Source: Vulcanimicrobiales bacterium (GTDB lineage Bacteria; Vulcanimicrobiota; Vulcanimicrobiia; Vulcanimicrobiales; Vulcanimicrobiaceae). From it: a DNA stretch of 64,000 nt. This document shows positions 9,138 through 18,887 of this stretch, in pieces. The translations under genes and the position numbers were made by a program. The stretch spans positions 64,001 to 128,000 of the forward strand of contig JBBQQR010000001.1 in NCBI GenBank assembly GCA_038215615.1, read 5' to 3'. The notes beneath the pieces are model-generated. The model searched no databases. It was not told the origin of the DNA and saw only the letters and a list, made by a program, of their open reading frames with translations. Position 1 is the stretch's first letter; each line of letters begins with the position of its first letter.

Positions 9138-9994
9138 GTCGCGCCGCTCCGGAAGGCGCACGCGAAGATTCCGAACTCCGGCACAGCAGCGATCCGCGCG
9201 GCGAGATGGTCGCGTTCGGCAGTCGTTGGTACCAGTGCATAAACGGCCGAACCCGAACCGCTCAGCATCGGTTTGCGCGCGCCCGCTTCACGCAGCATTT
9301 CGATCGCTTGCCGGATCTCGGGAGCAGACGAGGCGACCTCGAGGAAATCGTTTTGCTGCAACTCGATCACGCGATCGAAATCGCCGCGCTGAAGGGCTTC
9401 GCCCAAGCTCAAGCTCACCGAAGTGTTGCGCGGGCGCGAGGGGCGTTCGCGTTCGTCCAGTGCCGTATACGCATCGCGCGTCGAAACCGAAATGGGCGGC
9501 TTTACGATCACCGCATGCCAATCGGGCGCCATTCCAAGCGCCGTCACGCGTTCGCCCGTGCCTTCAACGAGCGCGGCGGTTTCCACCAAGAAGAAGGGCA
9601 CGTCAGAACCCAATGCCATGGCCGCTTGCACGTAATCGGTTGGGGGGACGCTACCAAAGACTCCACGCTGCGCCGCGAGCAGAATCGCTGCGGCGTCGCT
9701 CGACCCGCCACCCAGGCCCGCTTGAACCGGGATATTTTTGCGCAGCTCGATCGTCGCGCCCGATTGCAGATCGAGGGCGCGGTAAGCGCGTTCAACCAGA
9801 TTGTCGCTTTGCAAAGCGGGGTCGTCGCAGAGAAATTGCAGGCCTTCGCCGCCCGGAGAGATCTCGAGCTCGTCGCAAAGATCGACCGGCACCATCACGC
9901 TGCGCATAGCGTGGAGACCGCCGGCAACCCGGCCGAGGACCTCGAGCGAAAGATTTAATTTCGCCGGGGCCTGCAACGTAACGCCTGCCTTCAT
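9125..9994 (-). CDS. ispE: 4-diphosphocytidyl-2-C-methyl-D-erythritol kinase
   Basis: APAKLNLSLEV, KNIPVQAGLGGGSSDAA, LGSDVPFF, LSGSGS; start re-called at MKAG. Confidence 0.95.
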   Translation of the reverse strand: MKAGVTLQAPAKLNLSLEVLGRVAGGLHAMRSVMVPVDLCDELEISPGGEGLQFLCDDPALQSDNLVERAYRALDLQSGATIELRKNIPVQAGLGGGSSDAAAILLAAQRGVFGSVPPTDYVQAAMALGSDVPFFLVETAALVEGTGERVTALGMAPDWHAVIVKPPISVSTRDAYTALDERERPSRPRNTSVSLSLGEALQRGDFDRVIELQQNDFLEVASSAPEIRQAIEMLREAGARKPMLSGSGSAVYALVPTTAERDHLAARIAAVPEFGIFACAFRSGATWTR

Positions 9995-10084
9995 TGTTTG
10001 GCGAAGCTCTTGTTCTCGAATTAGCGCATCCCCTGGTTCGGGGTGCGGCGGGACATCGCATAGCGAGGTCGTAGTCCATCGCCA

Positions 10085-12529
10085 ATGCGGGCGAGCTACG
10101 ACGCACAGCACAACGAATTTTGCGCCTACGTCTTGCCGGAAGCCCAGACGCCCTACGGGCTTTTGCTCGGAAACTTTAAGACCTACGCACAGTCGACAGC
10201 AAAGGGCGGCGTCCGCGGACTGTGGGATGCCGATACCGACCAGATCATTTTCGGCACGCATCAGGTCGCGTATCGTCTGCGCGAGCTGAAACAGACGATT
10301 TTTCCGCATCAAATTACGCGCGAGTTCACCTTTCTTCCTTACGCGCAAATTTCAGAATTTACGCTGGCCGATCGCCTGCATGTCACCGAAGCATTTTACG
10401 TTCCGCACGGACCGCAGCACGAATCCGCGGTGAGTTTCGTCGTGGACATCACGCTCTATAATCCGGGAGGAACGCCGATCGAAGTGACGGCTTTCCCGTG
10501 GGCGCTCTTGGTCGGTCAGCGTTTTTACGGCGAGCCGGAACACGAAGTGCGCGCGTCGGTCGAAGGCGATTACATCTGTTCGAAAAATCAGCAGACCGGG
10601 GCCGAACGCTGGTGGGGAGCGTCACTTTCGCCGCACGCATCGGTTGTGGGTCTGCGCGAGCAGGTCATGCTGCACAGCATGCGTATGGGTTCGCTTAAGC
10701 CCGACGAGCATTTAGACGAGGTGACTCCGCAGCTCGCCGAGTGCGTCAGCCGGCGCATCTTCGGCGCGTTCGAGTATCGCATCACCGTGCCGCCCGGTTC
10801 GCGCGAAGCGCTGCGCCTGGCAGTCGTCTTCCACAAGGATGGCCGCGAGAAGTCGCGCCCCGTGCTCGAGCAGCTGCTGCACGACCCCAAGGCTCTGCAC
10901 GAAACTCAACGCTATTTCGCGATCAAACTGCGCGACGCGCGGTTCATTTGCCCGTCGCCGGCGATTAGCCGCGCCGTGGTTTGGGCCCGTGCGAACATGC
11001 TACGCGTCATCAAGCATTACCCCAACGGGTGGGGTTCGACGAACTCGCCGCCTTCGGATATTCTCGTCTCGCGCGATACGTCGTGGTTCGTGCACGGCTT
11101 CGATTATTTCTTACCGCAGTTCAGCCGCGACGCGATCGAAGTCTTCAACAAGTTCGCCGACGACAGCGGCGAGATGATCGAGTACGTGCGCGGCGTCAGT
11201 GGTTTCAAGACATCGTACGACCTCAACATCAATGACGACACGCCCCTTCACTTGATCGCGATGCTGCACCATTACAACGCAACGCTGGACGACCAGTGGG
11301 TTCGGGAGTGGTTTCCGCTGATCTGCAAGATCGCCGACTACATGCTGACTCAGCGCGACAAAAACGGCTTGATTTTTTGCCGCGCCGGCGGCGTCGACAT
11401 GTTCGGCATCAGTTCGTGGCGCAACATCATCCCGTATTACACGCTCGACGGAGCCGTCACGGAAATCAACGCCGAGGCCGTGTTCGCGCTCGACGCTGCA
11501 GCGATGCTCTCGGCAGTCGTCGGCGACAACGATCGCTGGAGCAAATATTCACAGGAGTCGCAAGCGCTGCGCCAAGCCGTGATGCAGTATCTCTACAACG
11601 ACGACACGGCTGCATTCGTATTGAACTACGATCAGCAGCAGAACTATCAAGACAACTTCACCGCCGACGAAATCTTCCCGGTGCTCTTTAACGTGGCCGA
11701 TGCGGGTCAGCGCCGCAAAATTTTGGATCGTTTGAGCGAAGCGGATTTTGAAACACCCGTCGGCATCCGCACGATCTCGACGGCCGACGCGTGGTATTTC
11801 CCGTCGCACGGTTTTGGATTGCTCGGCGGAGTGTGGCCCGACCTGACGCTATGGTTCGCGGTTGCGCTCGCGCACAACGGTTCGCCCGATGCGGCGGTCC
11901 GGTGGCTGGAAGCGATTTACGACACCATGGAAGCGGGCGCCGTGCGCAACACTGTCCCGGGCGAGTTCTGCGAATGGTTCGATGGCGGTTCGCTGACCAA
12001 CCGCGGCATGTACCTCTCACCTTGGACCAGCGCGAAATATATCTGGGCGATCGCGGAAACGATTGGTGGGCTCAACGGATACCGCACGAGCGGACGGCCG
12101 CACTTGGTGCCTCAGCGCGTCCAAAACTGGCAATGGTCGGCTGCGGCGCGCGTGCAGTTGGGCGGAAAGAGTTGCACCTATGTGATCGATTTCAACCGCA
12201 ATCATATCTATGCCGACATGCACGAACTCTCCGCGGAAGAACCGTTTGTCTGCCTGTATGCCGGTCGCGACGTGAGCCTTGAAGTAACGACTTCGCCGGT
12301 GGAAGTGGCCGCGATCGCGTTTGAAGACGATGAAGGTGCGGTGCGCGTCTTTCTCTGCAACTTGCTCGATCAGGCGCGTCACGTCTCGGTCGAATTCCGC
12401 GGATTCACCGAACGCGTGGCGCTCGAAGCCGGCGAACTGCACGAACTTCACCTGCTCGGCAAGCCTGCCGACCGGAAAGCACGCGCGGCCGCACGCGATG
12501 TCGCGCCGCAGACGCTGCAGCATGTATAA
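10085..12529 (+). CDS. Glycoside hydrolase, (alpha/alpha)6 barrel (amylo-alpha-1,6-glucosidase/MGH1-like)
   Basis: 814 aa; SRDTSW, DDTPL, EINA, GIRT, GGVWP, EFCEWFDG, PWTSA resemble six-hairpin glycosidases; no signal peptide. Confidence 0.7.
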   Translation: MRASYDAQHNEFCAYVLPEAQTPYGLLLGNFKTYAQSTAKGGVRGLWDADTDQIIFGTHQVAYRLRELKQTIFPHQITREFTFLPYAQISEFTLADRLHVTEAFYVPHGPQHESAVSFVVDITLYNPGGTPIEVTAFPWALLVGQRFYGEPEHEVRASVEGDYICSKNQQTGAERWWGASLSPHASVVGLREQVMLHSMRMGSLKPDEHLDEVTPQLAECVSRRIFGAFEYRITVPPGSREALRLAVVFHKDGREKSRPVLEQLLHDPKALHETQRYFAIKLRDARFICPSPAISRAVVWARANMLRVIKHYPNGWGSTNSPPSDILVSRDTSWFVHGFDYFLPQFSRDAIEVFNKFADDSGEMIEYVRGVSGFKTSYDLNINDDTPLHLIAMLHHYNATLDDQWVREWFPLICKIADYMLTQRDKNGLIFCRAGGVDMFGISSWRNIIPYYTLDGAVTEINAEAVFALDAAAMLSAVVGDNDRWSKYSQESQALRQAVMQYLYNDDTAAFVLNYDQQQNYQDNFTADEIFPVLFNVADAGQRRKILDRLSEADFETPVGIRTISTADAWYFPSHGFGLLGGVWPDLTLWFAVALAHNGSPDAAVRWLEAIYDTMEAGAVRNTVPGEFCEWFDGGSLTNRGMYLSPWTSAKYIWAIAETIGGLNGYRTSGRPHLVPQRVQNWQWSAAARVQLGGKSCTYVIDFNRNHIYADMHELSAEEPFVCLYAGRDVSLEVTTSPVEVAAIAFEDDEGAVRVFLCNLLDQARHVSVEFRGFTERVALEAGELHELHLLGKPADRKARAAARDVAPQTLQHV

Positions 12530-12530
12530 T
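12525..12530 (+). promoter_or_regulatory. Sigma70-type -10 box, probable leaderless transcript
   Basis: TATAAT 6 nt before ATG 12537; no SD. Confidence 0.5.
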
Positions 12531-12536
12531 CGTCCG

Positions 12537-13007
12537 ATGGACTCGTCCAAGCGGTTCGCGACCATCGTTATGGCGCTGGGAATCGTCGTGCTGGTTTGCG
12601 CGATCGCCATCGGCGAACGAGCGGGCGATCGAGCGATCGGCCAAGTCACTGAAAAGCGCTTGGAAAGCATCGCGCCGATTACGGTCGCTCCGGCCGCGCC
12701 CGATGCAACTGTGGCGCCTTACGGCCCTGACTGGAAGCGCACCGACGTCATGGCCGCCGCGCCCGATCCCGGCTTCCCCGACCCGCGCGTGCCGCCCGCG
12801 CTACCTCCTCCGCCCACGCCGATTCCGCGCTTCACGCCGCCGCCTTTCGTGGCCCCGACGAACGTTCCGGCGCCAAAGGCAACGCCGAACCTCAGCGTAC
12901 CGATCTGGCGGCGGAGCCAGCCTCTGCCGACGACAGCGCCCGCGGCCACTTCAGCGCCCGCGACGCCGGCCGGTTCGCCGCAACCGGAGCAAACCACTAC
13001 GCCTTAG
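12537..13007 (+). CDS. Membrane-anchored proline-rich hypothetical protein
   Basis: N-terminal hydrophobic helix, long Pro/Ala/Thr-rich tail. Confidence 0.7.
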   Translation: MDSSKRFATIVMALGIVVLVCAIAIGERAGDRAIGQVTEKRLESIAPITVAPAAPDATVAPYGPDWKRTDVMAAAPDPGFPDPRVPPALPPPPTPIPRFTPPPFVAPTNVPAPKATPNLSVPIWRRSQPLPTTAPAATSAPATPAGSPQPEQTTTP

Positions 13008-13030
13008 AAGATATACCAGGGAGTTTTTTT

Positions 13031-13918
13031 ATGGCCGAAACCGGCACTATCACTGTTAAACGCGGACTAGCCCAAATGCTCAAGGGCGGCGTCATCATGG
13101 ACGTCGTCACGCCCGAACATGCCGTTATCGCGCAAGAAGCCGGAGCGGTCGCAGTGATGGCGCTCGAGCGCATTCCGGCGGATATTCGCGCCGCCGGCGG
13201 TGTCGCGCGCATGAGCAATCTGGAACTGGTGCGGTCGATCATGGATGCCGTGACGATTCCGGTCATGGCCAAGTGCCGTATCGGCCACTTCGCCGAAGCG
13301 CAAGCGCTGCAGCAGCTCGGCATCGATTTCATCGACGAGTCCGAAGTGCTCACTCCCGCCGACGAACAATTCCACGTCGACAAGACTCCCTTCACTACGC
13401 CCTTCGTTTGCGGCGCCCGCAATTTAGGTGAAGCGCTGCGCCGGATTAACGAAGGCGCCGCGATGATCCGCAGCAAGGGCGAAGCGGGCAGCGGGAACAT
13501 CGTCGAGGCCGTGCGTCACATGCGCGCGATTACCGCGTCGATCGAAGAGCTCACGCGTGCAAAAGATCTAAAAGCTTACGCACGCGAGATGCGCGTGCCG
13601 CTGAAGCTGGTGAAGGAAGTGGCGCAGGCCGGGAAACTTCCCGTCGTGCTGTTCTGCGCGGGCGGCATTTCCACGCCCGCTGATGCATCGCTCATGATGC
13701 AGCTCGGCGCCGAAGGCAACTTCGTCGGCAGCGGTATCTTCAAATCGAACAATCCGCGCGCGTTCGCCAAAGCCATCGTCGATGCGACGACGCATTTCGC
13801 CGATCCGAAAGTGATCGTCGCGACGAGTTTGTCGTTAGGAAAAGACAGCCGCGCGATGGAAGGGCTCGACTTGCGCAAAATCCCCGAGTCGGAGCTGCTC
13901 GCTCCCCGTGGGAACTAA
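13031..13918 (+). CDS. pdxS: Pyridoxal 5'-phosphate synthase lyase subunit
   Basis: [45 protein letters not shown]. Confidence 0.98.
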   Translation: MAETGTITVKRGLAQMLKGGVIMDVVTPEHAVIAQEAGAVAVMALERIPADIRAAGGVARMSNLELVRSIMDAVTIPVMAKCRIGHFAEAQALQQLGIDFIDESEVLTPADEQFHVDKTPFTTPFVCGARNLGEALRRINEGAAMIRSKGEAGSGNIVEAVRHMRAITASIEELTRAKDLKAYAREMRVPLKLVKEVAQAGKLPVVLFCAGGISTPADASLMMQLGAEGNFVGSGIFKSNNPRAFAKAIVDATTHFADPKVIVATSLSLGKDSRAMEGLDLRKIPESELLAPRGN

Positions 13919-14522
13919 CGCCGGAGCGGTAGGCGTCCTTGCCCTGCAAGGCGATGTCGTCGAACATCTGCGCGCGCTAGAGGAGTCCGGCGTCAAAACG
14001 CTGGCGGTAAAATCCAAAGAAGATCTGGGCCGCGTTGACGGCTTGATCATTCCAGGCGGCGAGTCGACCACGGTGATGAAGCTCCTCGATCGTTTCAAAC
14101 TTGCCGCAGGGGTGATCGCGCGAACCCGCGATGGCATGCCGCTTTGGGGCACGTGCATGGGCATGATCGTCGTCGCGCGCGATGTTACCGGCACGCAGCA
14201 GCCGACGCTTGGTTTGATGGACATCTCCGTGCGCCGCAACGCTTTCGGCCGGCAAAACGAATCCGCCGAAGTCTCGCTTCCGATTCCAATCCTGGGCGGC
14301 AAGGATTTTCCGGCAGTCTTCATTCGTGCGCCGTGGGTCGAGCGCGCCGGGCACGCCGTTGAAGTGCTCGCCGAACGCGACGGCCGCGCCGTTATGGTTC
14401 GCCAAGAAAACATGCTGGCCACGTCGTTCCATCCCGAACTTAGCGGGGACCGTCGCGTGCACGAGTATTTCATGAAAATGGTGCGCGACGCGCTTGTAGG
14501 GAAGCGCCGCAAAATCGCTTAA
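13908..14522 (+). CDS. pdxT: PLP synthase glutaminase subunit
   Basis: GVLALQG, PGGEST, GTCMG, RNAFGRQ, FIRAP, SFHPEL. Confidence 0.97.
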   Translation: MGTNAGAVGVLALQGDVVEHLRALEESGVKTLAVKSKEDLGRVDGLIIPGGESTTVMKLLDRFKLAAGVIARTRDGMPLWGTCMGMIVVARDVTGTQQPTLGLMDISVRRNAFGRQNESAEVSLPIPILGGKDFPAVFIRAPWVERAGHAVEVLAERDGRAVMVRQENMLATSFHPELSGDRRVHEYFMKMVRDALVGKRRKIA

Positions 14523-14544
14523 GTCTCCCTTCAGGGAGGATGTC

Positions 14545-15075
14545 TTGACCGACGTACTGGTGCTGAACTTCACCTACGAAGCGCTGAACATTACCAGCTT
14601 TCAGCGCGCGGTGAAGCTTTTGTTCGCAGGGAAGGCCGAGCTGCTGCATGGCCGCGAGCGCATCATTGCATCGACGTCGTTCGAAATGCGGATGCCTTCG
14701 GTCATCCGCATGCTGTATTACATCCGTCGCCCCATGCAAAAAGTGGCGCTGACCAAGAAGAACATCCTTATCCGCGACGACCACTCATGCCAGTACTGCG
14801 GGTTGCGCGGCGATCGCCTCATGACGGTCGATCATGTCGTTCCAAAAAGTAAAGGTGGCCCTTCGACCTGGGAAAATCTGGTCTGCGCCTGCATGCGGTG
14901 CAACAACCGTAAGAACAACCGCTCGCCCCACGATGCCAATATGTCACTCAAGCGAAAACCGCGGCAGCCCAAGTACATTCCGTGGATCCAGATAAAACGG
15001 AACACGCTGCCCGACGAGTGGGGCAAATTTCTGTTTCTCTATAACGTTTCGATCGACGAGCGAGTCGAAGCCTAG
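14545..15075 (+). CDS. HNH endonuclease (McrA-like)
   Basis: VLVLN..YE, RDDHSCQYCG, TVDHVVPKSKGG..WENLVCACMRCN; TTG start with GGGAGG RBS. Confidence 0.9.
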   Translation: MTDVLVLNFTYEALNITSFQRAVKLLFAGKAELLHGRERIIASTSFEMRMPSVIRMLYYIRRPMQKVALTKKNILIRDDHSCQYCGLRGDRLMTVDHVVPKSKGGPSTWENLVCACMRCNNRKNNRSPHDANMSLKRKPRQPKYIPWIQIKRNTLPDEWGKFLFLYNVSIDERVEA

Positions 15076-15079
15076 CTCC

Positions 15080-15676
15080 GTGCGCCGGATGTTGCCCGCC
15101 GCGCTGTTTGCAGCGGTCGTGCTGAGCGCGCCGGGCTGCGTGCACGCGCGGTGGCCCGCAAAAACACTGGCAGACGGGGTGCCGATCCCTTCCAAACCCA
15201 TGGACGGAACAATTAAGCGGCTGCGCGTGATGCCGCGCCCGTCCGGCGTTGATGGTTTTAATGCATCTCGGGTTGAGTCGGAGCGGCAAGTCTATACGGT
15301 CCACGCACAGCTCCTGCGTTTTTCGCTGGCGACCGACGGCGATATCCACTTGGCGATCGCGCAGCCGGGCGATCCCAAAGCCACGATGGTCGCCGAGATA
15401 CCCGATCCGGCGCGCATGACGGGTGCTCTGCCGCGATATGTAACCGAGGTAGCACAAACTCGAGCCATTTTTATAAGGTCTTTCGGCAAGCCGAAGTTCG
15501 GCGTCTGGCGCACCGTGAATCTTCCAGTCATTCTCACCGGGCCGGTTTTCTTCGATCTCATCGACGGACAAATCGGCGGTCAAGCGGCCGTCGCGCCGAA
15601 CGCCGTCGAGATTCATCCCGTCTTACGCATCGCTCTGGAAGGGAAAAGGCAAGATTCTTTGCATCATACGCAGTGA
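15080..15676 (+). CDS. Secreted hypothetical protein (possible OB-fold)
   Basis: Signal peptide; DGDIHL, MVAEIPDP, GPVFFD, PNAVEIHPV look like conserved motifs. Confidence 0.65.
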   Translation: MRRMLPAALFAAVVLSAPGCVHARWPAKTLADGVPIPSKPMDGTIKRLRVMPRPSGVDGFNASRVESERQVYTVHAQLLRFSLATDGDIHLAIAQPGDPKATMVAEIPDPARMTGALPRYVTEVAQTRAIFIRSFGKPKFGVWRTVNLPVILTGPVFFDLIDGQIGGQAAVAPNAVEIHPVLRIALEGKRQDSLHHTQ

Positions 15677-15810
15677 AATGATGCTTTCAAGTGTAGCGTT
15701 ACGCATGGCCGCCTGGCTCATTTCGCATCATAGCGCCACGGCAAAGGGATAATCGCAGACTTAGCTCTGCCTTTTCGTTTCTTTGCGCTCTCCTATGAGG
15801 GAGTATAGCC

Positions 15811-17295
15811 GTGGACCAATCTAAGACTCCGTACTTTCAAGCTTTGCTCGATTATGTCGACGCGGGCGTCATTCCGTTCCATACGCCGGGCCACAAACAA
15901 GGCATCGGCATGGATTTGGCCTTCCGCGAATTCATCGGCGACAATTTTTGCGCGATCGATCTCACGCCGATGCCGGGCATCGACGACCTGCTGCAGCCGA
16001 CGGAGTCGCTGCTCGAGGCGCAACAGCTGGCGGCGGAGGCGTACGGCGCCGACCACACGTATTTTTTGATCAACGGCTCGACCAGCGGCAACCAATGCAT
16101 GATGATGGCGGCGCTCAATCCGGGCGACAAGCTCGCGGTGCCGCGCAACGCGCACAAGTCGATGCTGGGCGGCCTTGTCATGAGCGGAGTCGAGCCGATC
16201 TACATGCAGCCGGTGATTGATGAAGGTCTGCATATGGACCACTGCGTCACGCCGGAAATCGTCTCCAAGACACTCGAAAAACACCCCGGCGTCAAAGCCG
16301 TTTACGTTGTCACGCCAACGTACTACGGCGTTGCCGCCGACATCAAGGGCATCGTGAAAGTCGCCCGAGCCGCCGGCAAACTCGTGCTCGTAGACGAAGC
16401 CTGGGGCCCGCACTTTCACTTTCACCCGCAGCTGCCGGTGTCGGCCACGGCGGCAAAAGCCGACCTCGTTATCAATTCGACGCACAAAATGCTTTCGGCG
16501 TTCTCGCAGTGCGCGATGCTGCATGAGATCGGGCCGCGCATTCGCATCGACCGGCTTGAGGGCGTGCTGAAGATGTTTCTTTCGACTTCTCCCAATCTGC
16601 CGATGGTCGCTTCGCTGGACGTGGCGCGCAAGCAAATGGCGGTAGACGGCTTGGAATTGCTCTCACGTACCATCGAGCTCGCGCAGGAGACGCGGAGGCG
16701 GCTCAACGCCATCCCGGGCGTTTACTGCTTTGGCGAGGAGCTCAAAGGGCGCCCGGGCGTCTTCGACCTCGACCCGACGAAGGTCACGATTACGGTCAAA
16801 GACCTCGGCTACACGGGATACGAGGCCTCGGCGATTTTGCGCCGCCGGTATAACGTGCAAGTCGAGCTCGCCGATCTCTTCAACGTCGTCGCGCTCTTTA
16901 CGATAGGTACGTCGCAACAGGCGGCTGACCGGCTCGTCCAAGGCGTTGCGGAGTTGGCGCGAGAGGATCGTCCGGTTGATATTTTCTCGCCGTCGGGCAT
17001 ATTAGAGAGGCGGCTGAAGACCGGCAGCTACAAGTTGCCCGCGATTCCGCCGATGTGCATGCTGCCGCGCGATGCATTTCTAGCGCCGACCGAAGCGGTG
17101 CGTTTCAAACAGAGCAAAGGCCGGATCTGCGCGGAAACGATCTCACCCTATCCGCCGGGGATTCCGGTAATCGCCCCGGGCGAGGAACTGACCGACGAAA
17201 TCATCGATTACTTGTCGCTGGAGATTAAAGCCGGAGTCCGCATGCAAGGTCCCTTCGATCGCGAACTTAAGCGCGTCCGCGTCGTCAAGGAATAA
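15811..17295 (+). CDS. Arginine/lysine/ornithine decarboxylase (PLP fold I, SpeA/YaaO-like)
   Basis: FHTPGHKQG, NGST, RNAHKS, DEAWG, STHK, STSP, PYPPGIP. Confidence 0.92.
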   Translation: MDQSKTPYFQALLDYVDAGVIPFHTPGHKQGIGMDLAFREFIGDNFCAIDLTPMPGIDDLLQPTESLLEAQQLAAEAYGADHTYFLINGSTSGNQCMMMAALNPGDKLAVPRNAHKSMLGGLVMSGVEPIYMQPVIDEGLHMDHCVTPEIVSKTLEKHPGVKAVYVVTPTYYGVAADIKGIVKVARAAGKLVLVDEAWGPHFHFHPQLPVSATAAKADLVINSTHKMLSAFSQCAMLHEIGPRIRIDRLEGVLKMFLSTSPNLPMVASLDVARKQMAVDGLELLSRTIELAQETRRRLNAIPGVYCFGEELKGRPGVFDLDPTKVTITVKDLGYTGYEASAILRRRYNVQVELADLFNVVALFTIGTSQQAADRLVQGVAELAREDRPVDIFSPSGILERRLKTGSYKLPAIPPMCMLPRDAFLAPTEAVRFKQSKGRICAETISPYPPGIPVIAPGEELTDEIIDYLSLEIKAGVRMQGPFDRELKRVRVVKE

Positions 17296-17341
17296 CTCGG
17301 GCAGTCGTAAAAAATACACCAAACGGAATTCTTAGTGAGGA

Positions 17342-18877
17342 TTGGTGTTGGCCATTAAAGCCGAATCCATAGCTCCTAACTGGGAGCTGACGCAACTCCT
17401 CGACATCTTCCCGCTCCCCATCCGGCAATCGCTTGTTCGCCTGCCCAACCTCGAGGATATGATCGAGGTTGTACTCGACCTCGGGCGTCCGCCCGAAGCG
17501 CGCTTCGAAAACGATTTCGTCTACCTTTCGGAGACGCCGGTCTCGGCCGAAGACATCGCGCAGGTTAGTTCGCGCCTCTCGGCATTCGGAGCCGACAATC
17601 GCGCGGGCATCGAACAGACGCTGCATCGCATCAGCGCGATCCGCAACCGGACGGGAAAAATCGTCGGCCTGACGTGCCGCGTCGGACGCGCGGTCTACGG
17701 GACGATCGACATCATTCTGGATATTTTGCGCAGCGGTAAGTCGATTTGTTTGCTCGGTCGCCCGGGCGTGGGCAAAACGACGATGCTCCGCGAGTGCGCG
17801 CGCATGCTCTCGGAAGACCGCAAGCGCGTCGTGATCGTCGATACGTCCAATGAAATCGCCGGCGACAGCGATATTCCGCATCCCGGAATCGGCACGGCGC
17901 GGCGCATGCAAGTGACCGATCCGGCACTGCAGCACGGCGTGATGATCGAAGCGGTCGAAAACCACATGCCGCAGGTCATCGTCATCGACGAAATCGGGAC
18001 GGCAGCAGAAGCCGAAGCAGCCCGCACGATCGCCGAGCGCGGCGTCGTGCTGATCGGAACGGCGCACGGGCAGACGCTGGAAAATCTGCTGATGAACCCG
18101 ACGCTGGCCGACCTGATGGGCGGGATCGGCGCAGTCACGCTTTCAGACGAAGAAGCGCGCCGGCGCGGGACCCGTAAGACCGTGCTCGAGCGCAAGGCGC
18201 CGCCAACCTTCGACGTGGTGGTGGAGATTCACGACCGCGACCGCCTGGCGATCCACAAAAATGTCGGGGAGGTCGTTGACGCGCTGCTGCGCGGGTATCA
18301 GCCGCAGCCCGAGATCCGCCAGCGTACCTCCGCGGGCGTTTCCATCGTGCAGGAAGCGGACACCGAGTCCATGCCGCACATCGCGATGGCGCCCAGCTAC
18401 GACGTGCCCGAAGAAGATCGCGACAAGCCGCTGATGATCTTCCCCTACGGCGTCTCGCGCAACAAGATCGAGCGGGCCGTCCACAATCTGCGCGTCAACG
18501 CGTCGATCGCCCGCAAGTGGGACGATGCCGACGTCGTCCTGACGCTGAAAGCCTTAGAGCGAAAAGAGCAGCCGCGGCTCAAGCAGATCGCGTCGGAGAA
18601 TATTCCGATCTACGCGATTAAGACCAATACCACCACGCAGATTCAGAGCTGCCTCAAAGACGTCTTCAATCTGCCCACGCTCGATAACGAAGAAATTGCC
18701 TTGCGCGAAGCCGAGGAAGCCGTTTACCAGGTGCTTCTGGATAGCCAAGCCATCGAGCTTTCGCCGCAGACGTCGTACTTGCGCCGGATGCAGCACCAAG
18801 TGGCCGAAAAGTACCGCCTTCAGTCGCGCAGCACGGGTCTCGAGCCCAACCGCAGGGTACGAATATTTAAAGCCTAA
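17342..18877 (+). CDS. SpoIIIAA/Ycf45-like AAA ATPase with C-terminal R3H domain
   Basis: GRPGVGKTT, DTSNEIAG, IDEIG, GTAHG, RRMQH (R3H); exact start may be 17345 or 17348. Confidence 0.88.
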   Translation: MVLAIKAESIAPNWELTQLLDIFPLPIRQSLVRLPNLEDMIEVVLDLGRPPEARFENDFVYLSETPVSAEDIAQVSSRLSAFGADNRAGIEQTLHRISAIRNRTGKIVGLTCRVGRAVYGTIDIILDILRSGKSICLLGRPGVGKTTMLRECARMLSEDRKRVVIVDTSNEIAGDSDIPHPGIGTARRMQVTDPALQHGVMIEAVENHMPQVIVIDEIGTAAEAEAARTIAERGVVLIGTAHGQTLENLLMNPTLADLMGGIGAVTLSDEEARRRGTRKTVLERKAPPTFDVVVEIHDRDRLAIHKNVGEVVDALLRGYQPQPEIRQRTSAGVSIVQEADTESMPHIAMAPSYDVPEEDRDKPLMIFPYGVSRNKIERAVHNLRVNASIARKWDDADVVLTLKALERKEQPRLKQIASENIPIYAIKTNTTTQIQSCLKDVFNLPTLDNEEIALREAEEAVYQVLLDSQAIELSPQTSYLRRMQHQVAEKYRLQSRSTGLEPNRRVRIFKA

Positions 18878-18887
18878 GTAGCAACGC

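Noticed and set aside
14545..15075. HNH gene as a mobile homing endonuclease or restriction system
   Set aside because: Belongs to the common standalone McrA-like type; no intron, methylase or insertion signatures
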